This document shows positions 47,301 through 52,102 of a stretch of 52,102 nucleotides of DNA, one piece after another. The translations under genes were made by a program, and so were the position numbers. Source of the DNA: a candidate division WOR-3 bacterium (GTDB taxonomy: Bacteria; Hydrothermota; Tepidihabitantia; Tepidihabitantales; Tepidihabitantaceae); contig CBFGIT010000007.1 in the NCBI GenBank assembly GCA_965648905.1, positions 72,805 through 124,906 on the forward strand, given 5' to 3'. Every line of letters begins with the position of its first letter. Position 1 is the stretch's first letter. The notes beneath the pieces were generated by a model, which was given only the letters and a program-made list of their open reading frames with translations, searched no databases and was not told the DNA's origin.

Positions 47301-48290
47301 ATGGAGGTCTGCGGCACGCACACAATGGCAATATCCGAGCACGGAATCAGAAAGGCAGTCGACCCGAGGCTGACTCTGCTCTCCGGGCCTGGCTGTCCGG
47401 TCTGTGTAACCGCCCAGGAGGAAATTGACGCAGCAATAGGCCTGGTGCGACGACCAAGTGTCTCGCTCGTGACTTTCGGTGACATGATGCGCGTGCCGGG
47501 CTCGAAGTCATCGCTCGAACAGGAGCGGGCGCGCGGCGCTGACGTGCGGGTTGTCTACTCTGCGCTCGACAGCGTGCCGTGGGCTCAGGAAGAGCCGAAC
47601 CGTGAGTTCGTATTCCTCGGCGTCGGCTTCGAGACCACGGCTCCGACCGCGGCCGGGGTTCTGCTCAAAGCCCGTCGCGCACGACTCAGAAACTTCAGCG
47701 TGCTGTGTATGTTCAAGTTGATACCGCCGGCTCTGGCAGCAATCGCCGGGTCTGACCGGGTCCAGGTCGACGGCTTCATCCTTCCGGGCCACGTCTCAAC
47801 GGTCATCGGAACCAGACCCTATCAGTTCCTGCCCGACAAGCACCGTCTCCCCTGCTGCGTGGTCGGATTTGAAGAGCTCGACATTCTCCAGGGAATCCTC
47901 ATGCTGCTCGAACAAATGAAGACCCGGCCTGAAGTAGCGATTCAGTATCGCCGCAGCGTCAGGCCGAACGGCAATGCCACGGCCCGGCGGGCAATTGCAC
48001 AGGTATTCCGGCCCTGCGACGCGAACTGGCGCGGGCTCGGCCTGATTCCCCGGTCCGGGCTCAAGCTCAGTCCGGCGTTCTCAGGGTACGATGCTGCTCA
48101 GCGATTCAAGGTCAGACCGGCCCGGACTCAGCCGACTGCGTGTCAGTGCGGCGAGATAATGCTGGGACTGATTACGCCACCCGACTGCCGTTTGTTTGGC
48201 CGACAGTGCACACCGGAGAAACCGGTCGGGCCCTGCATGGTCTCATCTGAGGGAGCCTGCGCTGCTTACTACAAGTATGAGAGAGCGTAG
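47301..48290 (+). CDS. hypD: Hydrogenase maturation protein HypD (true start probably near 47199, non-canonical)
   Basis: MEVCGTHT, GPGCPVCVT, GFETT, PGHVS and the C-terminal Cys cluster with PCMVSSEGACAAYY. Confidence 0.96.
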   Translation: MEVCGTHTMAISEHGIRKAVDPRLTLLSGPGCPVCVTAQEEIDAAIGLVRRPSVSLVTFGDMMRVPGSKSSLEQERARGADVRVVYSALDSVPWAQEEPNREFVFLGVGFETTAPTAAGVLLKARRARLRNFSVLCMFKLIPPALAAIAGSDRVQVDGFILPGHVSTVIGTRPYQFLPDKHRLPCCVVGFEELDILQGILMLLEQMKTRPEVAIQYRRSVRPNGNATARRAIAQVFRPCDANWRGLGLIPRSGLKLSPAFSGYDAAQRFKVRPARTQPTACQCGEIMLGLITPPDCRLFGRQCTPEKPVGPCMVSSEGACAAYYKYERA

Positions 48291-49347
48291 CAGCAAGGTT
48301 CTGAAGCCCCAGGGTCTCGTCGTCAACCCGCCGGGCATTGTCGGTGAAATACCTGACGAGCAGATTGTCTCGGGCCATGGCGCCGGCGGCAGGAAGATGC
48401 ACCGTCTCATCCGCAACGTGTTCGTGCGCCAGTTCGGTGGTCGCGTGCTCAGCAGGCTCGAAGATGCAGCCGTGCTCGCCTCCCTGCACGGTGAACCGGT
48501 CATGACCACCGACTCGTATGTGGTCCGACCGCTCTTCTTTCCGGGCGGGGACATCGGCCGACTCGCAGTCTGCGGCACGGTGAACGACTTGGCCGTGATG
48601 GGCGCCAGACCCCGGTACCTGTCGGTCGGCTTCGTCCTCCGCCAGGGACTCAGACTCGAGTTGCTGGAGAATGTCTGTCGGTCAATCGGCCGGACCTGCC
48701 GCCAAGCCGGAGTTGAAGTCGTGACCGGCGACACCAAGGTGATTGAACGAGGCGAAGACGAAGGTTTGTATGTCAATACCACCGGCATCGGCACGCGACC
48801 GGCCCGAACCCGGCTCGGAGTCGAGTTTGTCCGGCCCGGGGATGACGTGATTGTCAGTGGCGCGGTCGGCGAACACGAAGCTGCGATTGCCGTTGCCCGG
48901 GGTGCCTACCGATTCAAGGGCAGAGTCCGGAGCGACTGCGCGCCACTCCACGACTTGATTGGCCGACTGCCCCGGGGCGTCAGAGTCATGCGCGACCCGA
49001 CCCGGGGCGGGCTGGCCACGGTGCTGAATGAGTTTGCCGACAGCGCTGGTCTGGGAATAGTTATTGACGCCGAGACGATACCGGTTCCCGCACCGGTGCG
49101 CGGCGTGGCCCGGCTTCTCGGGCTCGACCCGCTCTACATGGCCAACGAAGGCAAGGTCGTCGTCATATCCGACCCACGGTCGAGCGCCGGCGTGCTCAGA
49201 TCAATGCACGGTCACCGCTTGGGCCGCGCTGCTGTCCGGATTGGTTCGGTCGTCGAGAAGCCGGAAGGCGTCTGGCTCAAGACCGCGGTCGGCGGACTCA
49301 GGCCCCTGATTACCCTTGAAGGCGAACAACTGCCGCGCATCTGCTGA
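48277..49347 (+). CDS. hypE: Hydrogenase maturation protein HypE
   Basis: HGAGG, TTDSYVV.PLFFPGGDIG, VTGDTKV, RDPTRGG, ANEG and C-terminal LPRIC. Confidence 0.96.
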   Translation: MRERSSKVLKPQGLVVNPPGIVGEIPDEQIVSGHGAGGRKMHRLIRNVFVRQFGGRVLSRLEDAAVLASLHGEPVMTTDSYVVRPLFFPGGDIGRLAVCGTVNDLAVMGARPRYLSVGFVLRQGLRLELLENVCRSIGRTCRQAGVEVVTGDTKVIERGEDEGLYVNTTGIGTRPARTRLGVEFVRPGDDVIVSGAVGEHEAAIAVARGAYRFKGRVRSDCAPLHDLIGRLPRGVRVMRDPTRGGLATVLNEFADSAGLGIVIDAETIPVPAPVRGVARLLGLDPLYMANEGKVVVISDPRSSAGVLRSMHGHRLGRAAVRIGSVVEKPEGVWLKTAVGGLRPLITLEGEQLPRIC

Positions 49348-50423
49348 TGTCAAGTCAACCGCCGACCCCGGACCCGGTTGACGGCTGGCCGGTGAGTCGG
49401 GTTGAACTGTCCCGACACATCGACGTGACCGGAGTGCAGGGCAGCAGACTGCTCGGCCGAATCCGGGAACCTCTGGCCGACAACATTGACGCCATCAAGG
49501 CACTCTTTGCCCGGGTCGGGCTGGTCGTCTTCCTTGAACGAACCCCGGACGGGCACTCGGTCAGGTGGGGATACGTACCGGCCGCGCGGCACGCGCCGGT
49601 CTGGGTGAACGTCCTGCTGTTCCTTGCCACGGTCGGCACGACCCTGCTGGTCGGAGCGCTCAACCGGGGCGGCAACCCGTTCCGCAACCCGCTCGACCTG
49701 GTGCTGGGCGTGCCGTTCTCATTCAGCATCATCCTTGTACTCGGCAGCCATGAGCTGGCCCACTACCTTGTCGCTCGTCGGCTCGGCGTTGCCGCAACCC
49801 TGCCCTACTTTCTGCCTGTGCCCCACCCGATGACCGGAACAATGGGCGCGTTCATCAGAATCACCTCGCCGGTTCCTTCGCGCCGCGCTCTGGTGCGGGT
49901 CGGAATCGCCGGCCCATTGGTCGGCTTCCTGGTTGCCCTGCCCATCTCCCTCATCGGACTCATGCTGTCACAACCGGTCGCGAAGAGCGGGACCAAAGGC
50001 ATCGAACTGGGCTCCTCGCTCAGCTTCCTGCTCCTGTCCCGACTGACTCATCCTCATCTCGGGTCTGAGATGGACCTGATGCTCCATCCGATGGCCTTTG
50101 CCGGCTGGCTCGGCCTGTTCGTGACCGCACTCAACCTGCTCCCGGTCGGCCAGCTCGACGGCGGGCACATCGCCTATGCCGTATTCGGTCGCAACTGGTC
50201 CAGATACAGCCTGATTGTCATCGCCGTGCTGCTGGTAATGGGATTCTTCTGGCTGGGATGGCCGTTCTGGGCCGTGCTTGTCGTCCTGTTCGGACTCAGG
50301 CACCCGCCGCCGCTCGACGACGTGACCGCGCTCACGCGGACCGACTACTGGCTCGCCCTTGTCGCGCTGGCACTCATCATCCTCACCTTCACGCCGACCC
50401 CGTTCGGCGCGGCCCGCTTCTAG
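49347..50423 (+). CDS. Site-2 protease (M50 family)
   Basis: HELAH, GTMGAFI, AGP and NLLPVGQLDGGH, with multiple TM segments. Confidence 0.93.
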   Translation: MSSQPPTPDPVDGWPVSRVELSRHIDVTGVQGSRLLGRIREPLADNIDAIKALFARVGLVVFLERTPDGHSVRWGYVPAARHAPVWVNVLLFLATVGTTLLVGALNRGGNPFRNPLDLVLGVPFSFSIILVLGSHELAHYLVARRLGVAATLPYFLPVPHPMTGTMGAFIRITSPVPSRRALVRVGIAGPLVGFLVALPISLIGLMLSQPVAKSGTKGIELGSSLSFLLLSRLTHPHLGSEMDLMLHPMAFAGWLGLFVTALNLLPVGQLDGGHIAYAVFGRNWSRYSLIVIAVLLVMGFFWLGWPFWAVLVVLFGLRHPPPLDDVTALTRTDYWLALVALALIILTFTPTPFGAARF

Positions 50424-50464
50424 TCACCTGCCCAGACCCAGCCTGACGCGGCAGTGATGAAACA

Positions 50465-50493
50465 GTCGGGGCAGCCTCGCGGCCTGCCCCGAC
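50465..50493 (-). terminator. Hairpin terminator between convergent genes
   Basis: gtcggggcag-9nt-ctgccccgac, followed by TGTTT on the minus strand. Confidence 0.65.
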
Positions 50494-50512
50494 CAGTACT
50501 CCTGACCTCTGG

Positions 50513-50815
50513 CTACCAGCGATTACCGGATGGCTCAGAGCGGTCGCGCCGGCCACCGCGTCCCTCAGTGCGGGCGCGGGCCTCGTTGACGGTCAACGGC
50601 CGGCCGTCGAGCTGGTACTGATTCAGGGCAGCCACGGCTGCGGCCGCACCTTCCTCAGTTGCCATCTCCACGAAGGCGAACCCTCGGGAACGCTCGGTAA
50701 ACCGATCCTTGACGATATCGACTGAGGCGACCTCTCCGTGCTGACTGAACAGCCCCCGGAGTTGTTCCTCAGTTGCGCTGAATGGGAGATTACCCACAAA
50801 CACGCGCTTTCCCAT
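50513..50815 (-). CDS. RNA-binding protein, single RRM
   Basis: RNP2 VFVGNL, RNP1 RGFAFVEM, VNEAR and an Arg/Gly tail. GGAGG Shine-Dalgarno. Confidence 0.95.
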   Translation of the reverse strand: MGKRVFVGNLPFSATEEQLRGLFSQHGEVASVDIVKDRFTERSRGFAFVEMATEEGAAAAVAALNQYQLDGRPLTVNEARARTEGRGGRRDRSEPSGNRW

Positions 50816-50982
50816 TTACAGACCTCCGAATATGGTTTGCGCTTGGGGTCGTTACAGGTGCCCAGGGTACGGGCGAGCAGAACTCACTGACCGGACTCAC
50901 GGACCCTAACGGACTCAAGCAGACTATCAAGCCCGTTCTTGCCGAATTGTCGGTCACCGGGCTCGGTCGCGACCGACAGAGA

Positions 50983-51010
50983 ATCATACCACCTGTCCGG
51001 CGTTTGTCAA
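50983..51010 (-). promoter_or_regulatory. Promoter of the RRM gene (~160-nt 5' UTR)
   Basis: TTGACA-16bp-TATGAT. Confidence 0.72.
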
Positions 51011-51025
51011 CAGAACGCCGCGAAA

Positions 51026-51132
51026 GGCAGTGTCAAGAATTGTGTGTAAATTGCTTGGCCCTCTTCGCAGGCTTGCCCCATAGCGGGCGGTCCTCCCATT
51101 GCTTGTTGGTCTTCATGAACAGCGCGTAGACC
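51026..51132 (-). mobile_element. IS256-family right-end remnant
   Basis: ggcagtgtcaagaattgtgtgtaaa resembles IS256-family terminal repeats. The minus strand encodes VYALFMKTNKQW...FTHNS*, an IS256-like transposase tail. Confidence 0.6.
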
Positions 51133-51792
51133 TGATCTGCCCCCGGTTTGATGGGCACTTTCTTAAGCGGCACGCCCCGGTCCGAGTGATGAATCGCACC
51201 CGGCTCCGGCCGCCGCCCAGCCGCCATCGCCAACGCATCCAGCACCAGTTGCTCTACCAACCGGCCGGATAGTGCCCAGCCGACAATCCGGTGCGAGCAC
51301 AGGTCCAACTCGGTCGCCAGATACAGCCAGCCCTCCGCGGTCGGGATGTCGGTGATGTCAGCCACCAGAACCTGGCCCGGCCTGGCCGCCCGGAACTCCC
51401 GCCCGAGCCGATTCGGCGCCACCGGCAAGGAGCGCCCGGAGTCGGTCGTCGGCCGGTACTGCCGATGCTGCACCGCCACAATGTCGTGCCGCCTCATCAG
51501 ACGCGCCACCCGATTGAGACTGCAGCGGATACCACGTCTTTGCAGCTCGGCGTGTATCCGCCGACTGCCGTAGACACGGAGGTTCTGTTCGTAGACCTCC
51601 CGAATGAACATCAGCAGGTAGCGGTTGCGACGGTCGCGCCGACTCTCGGCCCGGTCTCGGGAAGCGTAGAAGCTGCTGCGCGGCAGCTCGGCTAACTGAC
51701 ACTTGCGTCTGACTGACAGCCGGCCCGGGTGCTCGGCTATGACCCGGGCCTTCAATGCGCTTCCCGCGCCAGCCAGACCGCGGCTCTTTTAG
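51133..51792 (-). mobile_element. IS3-family remnant (internally deleted, left end lost)
   Basis: orfA tail KRAAVWLAREAH* overlaps the orfB start. orfB has RSSFY, YGSRRI, RVARLMR, ADIT.I.T.EGWLYL and HHSDRG, then breaks off. Terminal TGATCTGCCCCCGGTTTGATGGGCAC at 51133. Confidence 0.85.
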
Positions 51793-51983
51793 GATTATTG
51801 GGGACGGTACCCATTTAGGCAGTTGTGTCGTCAATAGCCATTCCTGCCGAATCCGCGGCCGAGCAGCGTGCCGCCAACGCCAGCCGCGGTTCTGATACTC
51901 GCGCTTCTCTTCATAGCGCCCCTTTCACCGGCATTAGAGAAACCACGACCCCAAGACGTAACATCGCTCGTTCATCCTTCGCC

Positions 51984-52011
51984 ATTCTGCACTCTGCATT
52001 CTGAAATCTGA
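51984..52011 (+). repeat. Heptamer tandem repeat x4
   Basis: attctgc actctgc attctga aatctga. Confidence 0.6.
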
Positions 52012-52102
52012 CTTGCCTCAGCATGACCATCCCCTGGCTGGTAAGGGGGACGGTTCCCCTTTCGGAACCCCCTGCCCCGACCCCGGCCGAACCCCATTGG
52101 GC

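Noticed and set aside
51033..51755. Functional IS3 transposase
   Set aside because: It lacks most of orfA, the left end and the C-terminal part of the DDE domain. The tail derives from another element.
51831..51914. Short minus-strand ORF (MKRSASIRTAAG...)
   Set aside because: About 27 codons with no recognisable features, in a degraded mobile-element region. It cannot be supported.

Overview
GC-rich bacterial chromosomal window. The gene content (C25/PorU, PorV, FlgD-type C-terminal domains, Omp85, TonB-dependent receptor) points to a diderm FCB-group organism. Candidate division WOR-3 is my guess and is not verified. About 37 CDS are present: mutM (5' truncated), two Ntn asparaginase/isoaspartyl peptidases, a T9SS-like envelope cluster (Omp85-TolB-peptidase fusion, SecD-P1-like lipoprotein, PorU, PorV), purA, dispersed hypB and hypDE, msrB, surface lipoproteins, a stand-alone JAB protein, ornithine decarboxylase plus a deoxyhypusine-synthase-like gene, a heterodimeric ABC exporter, a TPR/FG-GAP/ASPIC protein, queD, an S8 protease, an MBL ribonuclease, nfo, a TonB-dependent receptor, a catalytically degenerate PaeR7I/XhoI-like gene with mrr, a ugd-uxs-oxidoreductase-GT2-ftsEX operon plus a GT-C transferase, an M50 protease and an RRM protein. 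Nested IS3/IS256 remnants lie at the right end. I saw no rRNA, tRNA or CRISPR. The most unexplained signal is non-coding: the four large intergenic gaps contain degenerate 12-bp-period tracts (clearest at 1831-2142 and 35176-35451) next to a 24-25 bp TAA...TTA pseudo-palindromic box. Promoters are mostly TTGAC-16 bp-TANNNT, and many genes look leaderless. hypD lacks a canonical start at the expected position. All calls come from reading motifs by eye; no database searches were run.
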